A DNA stretch of 64,000 nt from Candidatus Zhuqueibacterota bacterium (GCA_049322915.1 JBMOPW010000032.1:96001-160000), one strand, 5' to 3'. Positions 46,975-57,430 are shown, counted from the first letter of the stretch. The notes: a model not told the origin generated them from the sequence alone. Numbers and translations: made by a program.

Positions 46975-49434
46975 TTACCTGACGATGATGAATTTCTTCC
47001 ACGAATTAAACTCTCCGGAACGCAGCGTGACGAGATACACGCCACTTCCAGCGCCCTGGCCTGTTTCCGTAATCCCATCCCAGGAATAGCTGTTCCACCC
47101 GCCCTGATAAACACCCTGGGTGAGTTGGGTAATATGCCGGCCGGCGATGTCGTAAATATCAAGCTGCGCTGCTCGACGGTTGCTCAGTTTGAATCGAATA
47201 TCCAGGGGCGATTCTGCTTCCGGGCGGAAAACATTCCGGTCCAAAACCAGGTAATTGCTGCTGACGACCTCAACGATTGACTGCGCACTGAGCTTATTTC
47301 CCAGGGCATCGGTCGCAAGGATTTCAAAGACGAGTGGCTCTTTTGGTGCAGTGGTGACCATGAATTCCGGTCGGTATTTTTCAGCCACTTCGTACCAGAC
47401 ATCCGACGTCAGATGATTTTCCGAAATGAATCCGTCCGCAAAATCAGTGATAATACGTCCGTCCGGGAGTCGAATCCACATGTCCCATGTCATGGTATTC
47501 GGAGGAAGTTGAATGCGCACGCTGATACTATCGGTCACATCGAGAATGACCGGCGCTGCCTCAATGCCTGGCGTGCGCTTGAGCGGAATTTGAATCAATA
47601 CGGTATCGACGTCGAAATTGTTGAAAAGCAGGGTATCGCCGGGCGCGGCTGCATGGCAGGATGAAACGATCGTGCCTGGCTGACTCAAATTGGGCGTGAC
47701 AGCGCCATCGTACAGGATTGTTAACTCTGCTTGCGGCGCCAGACTGGGAATATTCCAGGTTAACCGGTCGCCTTCGGTTTTGTCCGGAGCGCGACTGATG
47801 TTGCTCAATGTGACATGGGATGAAAGCGTGCTGGTCAAAACGATATTCGTCGCAGTGTCCGGGCCAGGGTTGAAGAGCATGAGACTGTATTGGATATCTC
47901 CGCCGGGAACGACGACTTTCAGAGTGTCGTCATCCTTCACCTGATGGGATGCTGTCTGTGAAACAAGGGACACGCCAACATCAATTAGTTTTTGGGGAAT
48001 CAGTCCCAGCGAATTTACCAGCACGGTGTCATTTACAATGTTGTTGTGGTCAGTGGTGTCATTCGGACAGATTACCTCTGCCGTGGCGAGGAGCAGCGAA
48101 TCTGACTTCGGAAAGGCGCTATCCACGTTCCCGATGCAGATAATTCGCAGATTGGAGAACGGATTGAGCGATGCGATTTCCCAGATCAGGGAGTCGCTGG
48201 TGGCGCGCTGTGGCGCCACATTCACATCGACCCATTTGAAAAAAGGCGAAATGACATTGACGAGCGTGATGTCTTTGGCTGACCTGGGCGTGCGGTTGAA
48301 TACCGTCAGGGTATATTTTAAGTCACCGCCCGGAGTTGCGAGGCTCATTTCTCTTCCGTTGCGGATCACAGTCGAATCGGTGAAGGAAATCAAAACGATA
48401 CCCACATCGACATTCTCGATTGGTTCACTCCCTGGAAAATGAACGCGCACCGTGTCGACATCGGCATTGTTGAAGGATGTGGTATCGTTGACTGAATACA
48501 TATTTGCTGAACAAATGAGCAGCGTGTCCGCTTCAGCCACGACGCTATCCACACGGCCGCTGTGCAGAATTGGCATCGAAGAAAGGGGCGCGAGAAATGG
48601 GATATCCCAGAAAAGCGAATCGTTCGAAATACGGTCCGGCGCTGGATGAATGCTGTCGAGCGTCAATTGCGCCGGAGTCAGATTCCTCACTCTGACATCC
48701 CACGCTGTGTCCGGGCTATGGTTGAAAACATTCAATGTGTATGCAACGATACTCCCGGGAAGCGCGACATTCACGGAGTCTCCATCGATCACGGCGATTG
48801 AGTCAGTGCGCGAGATGAGCGAAATCCCGGCGTCGACATTGTTTGACGCTGGCAGCGCATGGATTATCTTCAGACTGTCCGTGACTTTGACGCTCTCGGA
48901 TGGCCCCAAAGGCCCATCCAGTACTTCCGGGAATTCATTCATAATGAATGCGACATGATGTATTTGCAGGGTATTTCGCCCTTCGGTGAAATAGAACAGG
49001 CCAGCATCGCGCCAGGCGGTGTGCCTCGGACCGGGGTCATCAAAAACTACTTTGTACGGGCCGATATTTGGATCAGCAGGCATTACGACAGCGCTATCCG
49101 GCCGGAGCGCGGTCATATAGAACGACTCGTTTTTCTGTTCATCCCCGCTGTTGTACAAGATTTTTATCACGATCCGATAAAAACCCGGGGCTGAAATTTC
49201 TGCGCTGGTTACGTCGGCATGCAATCGCTCCGGATCGAGCCTGTTTCGGCTGGAATCCCAATCGGCCTGTACACCGAGCGTATCCGGAATGACAAGGATC
49301 ATCGTATCGCTGACGGCGCGCATGGAATTTCCAGCGTCAATCCGGGCATTCGCCGCCGGGGCCAGGCAAATGCCTAACACCATCAGAATGGATAAGACCA
49401 GCGCGATGCGTTTCCTGTTCAAGTTCATGTGCAT
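46975..49434 (-). CDS. Secreted protein with three DUF11-like repeats and a C-terminal FlgD-Ig-like sorting domain
   Basis: Three units D(A/V)G(I/V).L.S..PG....Y.L..FN..P..A....L.W.I..L.P...D....NN...DTV; C-terminal NVFRP..IYDIAGR..WDG..SGVYLV..KKFIIVR. Confidence 0.82.
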   Translation of the reverse strand: MHMNLNRKRIALVLSILMVLGICLAPAANARIDAGNSMRAVSDTMILVIPDTLGVQADWDSSRNRLDPERLHADVTSAEISAPGFYRIVIKILYNSGDEQKNESFYMTALRPDSAVVMPADPNIGPYKVVFDDPGPRHTAWRDAGLFYFTEGRNTLQIHHVAFIMNEFPEVLDGPLGPSESVKVTDSLKIIHALPASNNVDAGISLISRTDSIAVIDGDSVNVALPGSIVAYTLNVFNHSPDTAWDVRVRNLTPAQLTLDSIHPAPDRISNDSLFWDIPFLAPLSSMPILHSGRVDSVVAEADTLLICSANMYSVNDTTSFNNADVDTVRVHFPGSEPIENVDVGIVLISFTDSTVIRNGREMSLATPGGDLKYTLTVFNRTPRSAKDITLVNVISPFFKWVDVNVAPQRATSDSLIWEIASLNPFSNLRIICIGNVDSAFPKSDSLLLATAEVICPNDTTDHNNIVNDTVLVNSLGLIPQKLIDVGVSLVSQTASHQVKDDDTLKVVVPGGDIQYSLMLFNPGPDTATNIVLTSTLSSHVTLSNISRAPDKTEGDRLTWNIPSLAPQAELTILYDGAVTPNLSQPGTIVSSCHAAAPGDTLLFNNFDVDTVLIQIPLKRTPGIEAAPVILDVTDSISVRIQLPPNTMTWDMWIRLPDGRIITDFADGFISENHLTSDVWYEVAEKYRPEFMVTTAPKEPLVFEILATDALGNKLSAQSIVEVVSSNYLVLDRNVFRPEAESPLDIRFKLSNRRAAQLDIYDIAGRHITQLTQGVYQGGWNSYSWDGITETGQGAGSGVYLVTLRSGEFNSWKKFIIVR

Positions 49435-50037
49435 TGGTTGAGTCCGTGTTAAATGGAAATTGTATATCGCTCATTCATGCAAGATTAGTGCCACGACGCG
49501 ATTGCGGCGATTTCGACCAATTCACAGTACAGTGGCGGTCGTGTCTGTAAATACGTATAAACCAGGCTGTTTGAAGAGAAAAATATAATTGACCGATCAA
49601 GTCGGAATGAATCTTTCAAACAAGTATGTAGCACAAAAACAATAGACTGTGTCATGAAATGAAACAGCAAAAAAATTTGAGACTGGAAGACTGAAAATGG
49701 CTGGCGTGCTGCCAGCTATTGATTCAATGGCTATTTGGTAGTACGACCTGGCCAGATTAGCTAAATAATGAATGTCGACACCTCCATGCTTGCATCATTG
49801 CAATCGACAAAGGAAAACTGGAAATTGATGAATGAAAACCGGTCAATGGGTGCGTATCAAGCAGCATTGGTGTGATGCTATTATATAAATCCTGGTTGCA
49901 CGGCATGAATCTTTTTAAAAAGCGATTCATCTAAATGAATGTTTAAAAGTTTTGTGGGCTCAAAATAAAATGGTATGGAAGATGGCTCTGTCCTGATTTT
50001 CTATCATCAAAATAACTGAAAGATAATGAGGTTAAAA

Positions 50038-50694
50038 ATGGCTCATCTGAAAAAGCAAGATGTAGAATATTTGAAAAAACAATTCGAGCAACTCACCCAG
50101 CCGGTGACGCTGGTTTTCTTCACCCAGAAATTTGAATGTCAGTATTGCCAGATCACGCGGGAGATCATCACGGAACTGGCGGAGACTTCGGACAAAATCC
50201 ATGTGGAGACGTATGATTTTGTGGAAGATGCGGAACAGGTGAAGAAGTATGATATCAAGCGGATACCGGCCATTGCTCTCGTGGGCAAAAAGGATTACGG
50301 GGTGAGATTTTACGGCATACCGGCCGGGTATGAATTCAGCACTTTAGTGGAAGATATCATCGATGTTTCGGCCGGCGCAACATCATTGAGCGATGGAATT
50401 AAAGACGCGCTGAAAAAGTTGGAAAAGCAGGTGCACATCCAGGCGTTTGTCACCCCTACTTGCCCCCACTGTCCGCGAGCAGTGCGTACTGCGCATCAAA
50501 TGGCTATTGAGAGCGATATGATTGTGAGCGACATGGTGGAGGCGTCAGAATTCCCCCATCTGTCAAATCGCTACGGAGTCTCTTCGGTGCCGAAAGTCGT
50601 CATCAATGAATCTGTGGAATTCGTTGGAGCATTGCCGGATACGAATTATCTGGAGAAGGTGCTGGAAGCGGAAGGAGCTGTCATGCGCTCCTGA
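50038..50694 (+). CDS. Protein-disulfide oxidoreductase (two thioredoxin folds, AhpF-NTD/PDO type)
   Basis: CQYC and CPHC, RFYGIPAGYEF, VSSVP. Confidence 0.9.
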   Translation: MAHLKKQDVEYLKKQFEQLTQPVTLVFFTQKFECQYCQITREIITELAETSDKIHVETYDFVEDAEQVKKYDIKRIPAIALVGKKDYGVRFYGIPAGYEFSTLVEDIIDVSAGATSLSDGIKDALKKLEKQVHIQAFVTPTCPHCPRAVRTAHQMAIESDMIVSDMVEASEFPHLSNRYGVSSVPKVVINESVEFVGALPDTNYLEKVLEAEGAVMRS

Positions 50695-50857
50695 CAGCTG
50701 CAGGGTGCCTGGACATTTATCAAAACGTGCAGCCGGGCTGTATCTCGTTTTCATGCTGCCGATCTCACACGACTGCCGATTGATCCCATCGACGTCAATT
50801 CACAGTCGTGTGAAACATGCACGGGAATCGACTCTCTTGATACAGCCCGGTTGTCAA

Positions 50858-51664
50858 TTAATGGACGAAATGAAAGAATCGCAGACAATCTAAAAAATCA
50901 TCGCTTGTATAACTGATCGTGAATTCTCCTTTTTTGACGGCGCCAGGGTACCATGCAGCGTGAGTGGCTCTGTCCTTCTTCTTGAAATCGATTTCAATCT
51001 CAAAAGGCGGAGCCACGATAAATGGCCGCATCGCTGGCAGTTGCTGGATGGCGCGTTGAACACCTTCCTGAATTTTCCGCTGCGCCAGCCGAGGATGTAT
51101 ATTGAGGCAGGCTTCTCCGATTCCCTGTTTGACTGCAACCGTTTCAATTTCCGGAATGAGTTCTCTGGCTTGTTGGCAAATGGCTTCATCGCCGGAGAGA
51201 AAGATCACAGGCACTGAATAATAGCCGGCAATGAGCGCATTCCATCCGAATTCAGGCAATGTCAGTCCATTGACGCGAAGGTCTAAAATTGCGCCGCTCA
51301 TGGTGTGAGCCAGCGTACCGTTCGACGTCATCGCTTTGGCGTGATACCCCACAAAACAAACCGCGTCGAAACTGGAGTCGAGGCCCTCCATCATGCTGAA
51401 AGGCTGGACAGACCAGGCGCGCAGCAATCGAGCGTTTTCATTCAATAAATCCGGGATGATATTGCGGGCGGTTCCGTGCGCATCCCGAACGACAATATCC
51501 GTTGCGCCCAACGCAATCGCCCCTTGAATCGCGGCATTGACCTCTTCCGTCATGATTTTTCTGAAGTATTGATAGTCTGTATGAGGGCCGGTCGTTTCGT
51601 CCCAATCAATGACTCCGGTGACGCCCTCCATATCCGCTGAGATAAAAATTTTTAATGGATCCAT
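50858..51664 (-). CDS. M55 D-aminopeptidase (DppA family)
   Basis: ISADMEG, RDAHG, SMMEG, GYHA, LAHT, SGD. Confidence 0.9.
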   Translation of the reverse strand: MDPLKIFISADMEGVTGVIDWDETTGPHTDYQYFRKIMTEEVNAAIQGAIALGATDIVVRDAHGTARNIIPDLLNENARLLRAWSVQPFSMMEGLDSSFDAVCFVGYHAKAMTSNGTLAHTMSGAILDLRVNGLTLPEFGWNALIAGYYSVPVIFLSGDEAICQQARELIPEIETVAVKQGIGEACLNIHPRLAQRKIQEGVQRAIQQLPAMRPFIVAPPFEIEIDFKKKDRATHAAWYPGAVKKGEFTISYTSDDFLDCLRFFHFVH

Positions 51665-51829
51665 GTGAATTCTTAAACCTTTCTGTGTTTAATAAGTTAA
51701 AAAAATGAGTTCGTTCTCAATAGACCTGATGGCGCGGGAGGAAGCGTCCTCTTCGTTGATTCGAGTAGCAGGTTGGAGATGTGCTGATTTTATCGAATAT
51801 CGACTCTTCACCCATGATAATAATTGGTC

Positions 51830-52017
51830 ACTATTCAGCCACAAAATCTCAAAGACACAAAGAAAAAGAAAGATATAAAATAGTCGATTCAGAAAAGCTG
51901 AAGTTGACATTAAAAAAAATTACAGAATGTCGGATTAAAAGATTGAATAAAAAGTTGGACACTGCTTGTAACTTCGAGACCTGGCGCCTTTGAGGCAAAA
52001 ATCCATGCCTGAATAGT
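51830..52017. repeat. 8-nt periodic inverted-repeat element with additional outer inverted repeat
   Basis: ACTATTCAG+CCACAAAATCTCAAAGACACAAAGA ... CTTCGAGACCTGGCGCCTTTGAGGC ... CTGAATAGT; A-rich spacer. Confidence 0.6.
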
Positions 52018-52203
52018 TCCAATCATTGAGTCATAAAGATAAGAAAATTTAATAACATATCCAAGAGATAAAATTTCTATTCAGGTCACGAACACAACCT
52101 CGCCAGGAAAAAAAATGTAATATCTTTATCGGGGATAGCGTCTAAATGTTAACATTTCGAAAATGCGTCATTGACTTTGAATCAATAAAAATGGGTATTC
52201 ATT

Positions 52204-55200
52204 ATGAGATATGTACAAAGGATCCTTTCTGTTCAATCGCTGCTGATACTGCTCATGGTAAGCGTTGCATCAGGACAACAATTTGGGCGAAACAAGGTCC
52301 AATACGAAGATAAAAACTGGCAGTATATTCAGTCCGAACATTTCGATTTTTACTATTACGAAGGGGGCAGACGATTGGCTGAGTTTGCTGCCCATGTGGC
52401 TGAATCGTCCTATGTGTCCCTGAACCGAGTGTTCAATTATAAACTGACCGACCGGATTCCATTCATCATCTATCGCTCGCACAATGATTTCACCGAGACC
52501 AATACTTCCTCGGAAGTCGTGGATGAGTCTGTCGGTGGATTTACCGAGTTTTTGAAAAACAGGGTCGTTATTCCGTTCGACGGGTCGTACGAACAATTCC
52601 GTCATGTGATTCACCACGAATTGACCCACGCGGTGATGTTACAATTTCTGTACGGCGCCGGCCCTGGTTCGATCATCAAAGGCGTTTCCCGCTCAGCGCC
52701 TCCGATCTGGTTCATCGAGGGATTAGCGGAATTTACCTCGCTTGGCTGGGATGCGGAATCGGATATGTATGTGCGCGATGCAACGCAGCGAGGCTATCTG
52801 CCGCCTATCCCCTATCTCCAGGCATTCCTGGCGTACAAAGGCGGACAGGCTGTGCTGGTGTATCTGGAAGAAATGTATGGGAATCAAAAATTGGGCGAAC
52901 TGCTGCAGAGGATCAGGACGAGCCGGAATTTCGAACGCGCGTGGGAAGGCGCGGTGGGCGAAAAATTGGAGGAGTCCAACAAGAAATGGCAGCGGTATAT
53001 GCGTCAAAGATACTGGCCGGATGTGCAGGATCGAAAAGAGCCGGCTGATTATGCCCAGCCATTGACGAATCATGTCGACTGGCAGAATTTCGTCAACAAC
53101 AGTCCGGCGGTTTCTCCCAACGGGGACCGGGTTGCCTTTCTGACAGATCGCAACGGGTTCTTCGATATCTACCTGGTCTCGGCCATGGACAAGAAAAAAG
53201 TGACCAAATTGATTTCTGGTCAGAGAAAAGCCGACCTGGAAGAATTGCAGTGGCTGAGGCCCGGAATGAGCTGGTCCAATGACGGAAAGTATCTTGTATT
53301 TTCGTCCCGCACCGCCGGCGAAGATGCTCTGAATGTTCTGGATGTGAAGAAGAAAAAAATCATTGCCACACATAAATTCAATATGGATGGCGTGTTCTCG
53401 CCGGCCTGGTCGCCAGTCTCCAATGAAATCGCCTTTATCGGGGTGAGGCAGTTTCATTCTGATCTCTATATCTTCAATAGAGATTCGAATACGCTGCGTC
53501 AGATCACCCGTGATATTTACACGGATCAGGATCCGGCCTGGTCGCCAGACGGACGCACCCTGGCCTTTGTCTCGGATCGGAAGGATAGAATAAATCAGGA
53601 AGAATTATCGCCGGAAAATCGAATTGAGCGTCATGATTACCACACGGACGACATCTATTTGATAAATGCCGACGGCGCCAATTTGCGACGACTGACAGAC
53701 GTTCCCACCAATGAAACTTCACCGCTCTGGACGCAGAATGCCGACCAGATTCTTTACATTTCCGATGAAAGCGGAATCTCCAATATCTATTCTCACAATC
53801 TGGTGACCGGAGAGAAACGCGCACTGACAAACCTGATGACCGGCTGCGCCCAACTCTCCGCCGGATTGAAGAGTGATCGGCTGGTTTTCACTGCATTTGC
53901 CAATGGCGGCTATGACATTTTTATCTGGCCGGATCCATTCTTCAACGTAGAGGAAAGGTCGGAACCGAAACTGACAGCGTACGCGAAGCAGCGCATTTCA
54001 GGCCAGCAGTATCTCGATCTCACGCTTGAAAAAGAAGAAGCGGATAAAGTTACCGAGACTGTGAAACGGGGACAGGATTTTTCAAACTACATTTTCGGCA
54101 GCAGTTTCAAACAGGGCAATATCAATCTGGCTCAAAACAGGTACAAAAATTCCATGCTGGACTCGGCGGACTTTCGCGAGGAGAGCGGCGATTTTCGGAC
54201 AAACGATTATCGCATCAAATTTACCGTCGATTATCTGGGTGCGAATTTCGGCTATGACCCGATCTATGGAATTTATGGGTTGACCCAGATGTATTTGAGC
54301 GATGTGCTTGGCAATCACCAGATTCAAATCGGCGCTGATGTCGCGCAGACGTTGGAGAACAGCGATTTCCTCCTGAGCTATCAATACCTGAAACGAAGGA
54401 TGGATTTTTCGCTGACCGGATTCCAGTTCGTGAGCTATTATGCAACCACGTACGGAACGGTTCGATTTGCCTATCGCGGTTTGGCGCTGAACACGTCCTA
54501 TCCTCTGTCACGGTTTCAGCGTATCGATGGCGGGTTGCGATATTTCAACATTGCCGAAGAAAATTTGTCGTACAATTTCATCACATCGGAGAAGATACCG
54601 GTCCTGATGCCGATGCTCTCCTACACATCGGACAACTCCATCTGGGGCTATACAGGGCCCATCCGGGGCGGTCGGAGTTACATTGGATTGACGGCCAGCC
54701 CAAAAATCGGAAATCAGGGGAAGGAGTTTGTGACCGGCGCGTTTGATATCCGGAAATATTTCAGCATCAAGCCGGATTATTCGTTTGCCTTTCGAATTTC
54801 CGGCGGGGCAAGCTTTGGCAAAAATCCAAATTTATTCATTTTAGGCGGTACGGAAAACTGGCTCAATTATCGCTTCTACGAAAACATTCAGTTCAGTTCC
54901 ATCAGCGATTATTTTCTGTCCGATCTGGTGATGCCTCTGCGGGGCGCTGCATTGTACGAAATGGTTGGCTCCCGGGCTGCGCTGTTCAATGCCGAATTCC
55001 GATTCCCGCTGATCCAGTACCTGATTGCTCGGTTCCCCCTGCCATTGGCGTTTCAAAATATTCAGGGCGTGGCGTTCCTTGACGCCGGTTCTGCCTGGGA
55101 AAATGACGCCGCATGGCGCTTCACTGCAACGAAGGAGGATGGCAGCCGCTATGTCAGAGACATTGTCACCGGATTCGGGTACGGCATTCGAATGAATTTG

Positions 55201-55296
55201 TATTACTTCATCCTGAAGTTCGATGCTGCCTGGCGCACTGATTTCGACGGGGTGAGCAAGCCGCTGTATTATTATTCGATAGGCCTTGATTTTTAA
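52204..55296 (+). CDS. Gluzincin (peptidase MA-like) + PD40/TolB-like propeller + Omp85/BamA-type barrel protein
   Basis: FGRNKVQY, HHELTH, WFIEGLAE; repeated SPAVSPNG/SPAWSP/DPAWSPDG; PLRG, NAEFRFPL, FLDAGSAW, C-terminal YSIGLDF. Confidence 0.85.
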   Translation: MRYVQRILSVQSLLILLMVSVASGQQFGRNKVQYEDKNWQYIQSEHFDFYYYEGGRRLAEFAAHVAESSYVSLNRVFNYKLTDRIPFIIYRSHNDFTETNTSSEVVDESVGGFTEFLKNRVVIPFDGSYEQFRHVIHHELTHAVMLQFLYGAGPGSIIKGVSRSAPPIWFIEGLAEFTSLGWDAESDMYVRDATQRGYLPPIPYLQAFLAYKGGQAVLVYLEEMYGNQKLGELLQRIRTSRNFERAWEGAVGEKLEESNKKWQRYMRQRYWPDVQDRKEPADYAQPLTNHVDWQNFVNNSPAVSPNGDRVAFLTDRNGFFDIYLVSAMDKKKVTKLISGQRKADLEELQWLRPGMSWSNDGKYLVFSSRTAGEDALNVLDVKKKKIIATHKFNMDGVFSPAWSPVSNEIAFIGVRQFHSDLYIFNRDSNTLRQITRDIYTDQDPAWSPDGRTLAFVSDRKDRINQEELSPENRIERHDYHTDDIYLINADGANLRRLTDVPTNETSPLWTQNADQILYISDESGISNIYSHNLVTGEKRALTNLMTGCAQLSAGLKSDRLVFTAFANGGYDIFIWPDPFFNVEERSEPKLTAYAKQRISGQQYLDLTLEKEEADKVTETVKRGQDFSNYIFGSSFKQGNINLAQNRYKNSMLDSADFREESGDFRTNDYRIKFTVDYLGANFGYDPIYGIYGLTQMYLSDVLGNHQIQIGADVAQTLENSDFLLSYQYLKRRMDFSLTGFQFVSYYATTYGTVRFAYRGLALNTSYPLSRFQRIDGGLRYFNIAEENLSYNFITSEKIPVLMPMLSYTSDNSIWGYTGPIRGGRSYIGLTASPKIGNQGKEFVTGAFDIRKYFSIKPDYSFAFRISGGASFGKNPNLFILGGTENWLNYRFYENIQFSSISDYFLSDLVMPLRGAALYEMVGSRAALFNAEFRFPLIQYLIARFPLPLAFQNIQGVAFLDAGSAWENDAAWRFTATKEDGSRYVRDIVTGFGYGIRMNLYYFILKFDAAWRTDFDGVSKPLYYYSIGLDF

Positions 55297-55469
55297 AATG
55301 AAAGCAGGGAACAGTTACGGAGGCCAGTCAGGCCCAATCGACACCGGCGCTTGCCGGGCGCCTCATCTTTGTGGATGCCGGTTTGTGTTCCCCGGCTGAA
55401 TGAAAAACGCTGGAATGGATTGAAACAATCGCTATCAACAATGGAGTGAAATCAGAATTTGAGGTTTGT

Positions 55470-56726
55470 ATGAGATCGATATATCATTTATTTTTCTTAT
55501 GGATAGCACTCGTGAGTACAGCAACCGGGGCAATCGCGCAAACAGATAATGAAAGAGATCTGCCCCTGTTTAACTATGATATTGCGGTATTTCCCGGCGC
55601 GAACCAGGAGTTGGCAGAGTTTGAGCTGTTTGTGTGGGTGCGGAATACTGATTTACAGTTCATCAAAAAGGAAACCAGCTACGACGCCCGCTATCAGCTC
55701 AATACCAGCGTCTATGATAAAAATGGCGTTTCAATTTTCACCCAGGACAAAACGTACGAGGTTACCGAAGAGCTGTTCTCTTCGACCATCGACCCGGGCA
55801 TTAAACGGCCGCATGTATTCCGGGATGCGGTCCCGCCGGGCGAATACGTCGTGTCCATTCGGCTGTACGATTTGAATACCAATAAAAGCAGACATGCAGA
55901 GCAGTCCAAAACAGTGAAATTATTCGAGCCGGAGAAGCTCAACGTGAGCGATGTTCTGATATTGAACTCGTCGCAGATCGATTCTATTGATCTGAACAAT
56001 GTGATCCCGCCGCGCCATGTCCCGATTCAGGATCGGATATTTCTCTACGCTGAAATTGTGAATCCGGTCCAGGCTGATACATTTGATGTGGAAGCCACCC
56101 TGCAAACCGATGGTCAGATCAGCACATTCAATTTCTCAAAAAAAATGAAATTAATTGCCGACCGCCGGAAATTGCTGCTGGAAGTTTTGAAAGAAAATAT
56201 GCGGCAGGGAAGAAATTTATTCACTTTAAAAATCAACACCGGGAATCAGTCTATCTCCATACAAAAGGCAATTCGTTTTGTGACTGATGAGATGTCGTTC
56301 AGTTATGATTCAGTGGATGACATGGTCGGACCGCTATCCTATGTGGCCGATGGCGATGAATGGAAGCAATTGAAAAATGCGCAGGGCGCGAAGCGGGATA
56401 GCCTGTTTCAACAATTCTGGGATAAACGCAATCCCAATCCCGGGGCTCAGGACAATCCGTTGTATGACGAATTTTATAAACGGGTGCGGGTTGCCAATAA
56501 AAGCTTCACCAAGATGAAACGCGCCGGCTGGGTATCGGATCGCGGCCGCGTATACATTGTCTACGGCGCGCCCGATCGGATCAGTCGCAATGACCAGCAG
56601 GTTTATTCCCAGACTGTGTATGAAATCTGGTATTACGACACTCATCGCCTGGAATTTGTATTTGAAGACCGCTATGGTTTTGGCGATTACAAACTCGTCT
56701 CGGGAAATTTGAATCCATATTATTGA
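55470..56726 (+). CDS. GWxTD-domain protein
   Basis: FWDKRNPNP..EFYKRVRVAN..F..GWVSDRGRVYIVYGAPD..EIWYY..FVFED; signal peptide. Confidence 0.88.
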   Translation: MRSIYHLFFLWIALVSTATGAIAQTDNERDLPLFNYDIAVFPGANQELAEFELFVWVRNTDLQFIKKETSYDARYQLNTSVYDKNGVSIFTQDKTYEVTEELFSSTIDPGIKRPHVFRDAVPPGEYVVSIRLYDLNTNKSRHAEQSKTVKLFEPEKLNVSDVLILNSSQIDSIDLNNVIPPRHVPIQDRIFLYAEIVNPVQADTFDVEATLQTDGQISTFNFSKKMKLIADRRKLLLEVLKENMRQGRNLFTLKINTGNQSISIQKAIRFVTDEMSFSYDSVDDMVGPLSYVADGDEWKQLKNAQGAKRDSLFQQFWDKRNPNPGAQDNPLYDEFYKRVRVANKSFTKMKRAGWVSDRGRVYIVYGAPDRISRNDQQVYSQTVYEIWYYDTHRLEFVFEDRYGFGDYKLVSGNLNPYY

Positions 56727-56846
56727 TGTCCAGATGATCTGTGACTGCCCACGTGGCTCGGTCCGCTGGTGATGCAGGACAGGGAAAGCAACGGCATCGA
56801 TACGATTCGGTGAAGAATCAGTGGTTGCAGGGATTGGATGAAAGGT

Positions 56847-56895
56847 AAACCCCTGGCGTCGTTATTTTCGAAAGTGACGCGCAGGGGTTTTTTTT
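56847..56895 (+). terminator. Rho-independent terminator between convergent genes
   Basis: CCCCTG-GCGTC / GACGC-G-CAGGGG stem plus T8. Confidence 0.75.
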
Positions 56896-57002
56896 ATAGG
56901 CCGAATCGTTGTCGGGCTGACTGAAAAACGCATCGCCCCCGCATGAATTTTGAATGAAGGAGCCGCCGGCAAATTTGAAGGCAATCGGCCGGCGAGCGTT
57001 GC

Positions 57003-57401
57003 TCAAAAAAATGCCGTTTTAAATTCTTCATCCACAGGCATTGGCTTACCCTCTCTGCTGATGAAGACGGCCGCCAATTGTGCGGATGCAATTTTTTTCT
57101 TCGTTTTCACGTTGAAAATTTCCTGAATAAATTTAATGCTGGTTCGGCCAGCTTCTGTTCCCTCTAACGTGACTTCCAGTTCGTCCCCTAAAAATGCCGG
57201 AGCCAGATATTTAATATTGACTTCAACGATCACGACAAATTTGCCGCTTTTGATGAAGCTCTCGAATGGCAATCCGATCTGCTCCAGCGATGCCACCCGG
57301 CAATACTCCATATAATTGAGATAAACAGCGTAATTCACATGCCCCTGCGCGTCGATTTCGTAAGAGCGGACTTTGAGCGTTTGGCTATATTTTTTCATCA
57401 T
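57003..57401 (-). CDS. Acyl-CoA thioesterase (4HBT/YbgC hotdog family)
   Basis: VRSYEIDAQGHVNYAVYLNYME, YLAPAFLGD. Confidence 0.9.
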   Translation of the reverse strand: MMKKYSQTLKVRSYEIDAQGHVNYAVYLNYMEYCRVASLEQIGLPFESFIKSGKFVVIVEVNIKYLAPAFLGDELEVTLEGTEAGRTSIKFIQEIFNVKTKKKIASAQLAAVFISREGKPMPVDEEFKTAFF

Positions 57402-57430
57402 GCCTCGAGTTAAAATTAGTCAGATAGAAT

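Noticed and set aside
52144..52157. Perfect palindrome AAATGTTAACATTT upstream of the Omp85 fusion
   Set aside because: Single AT-rich copy with no regulator nearby; cannot be separated from chance.
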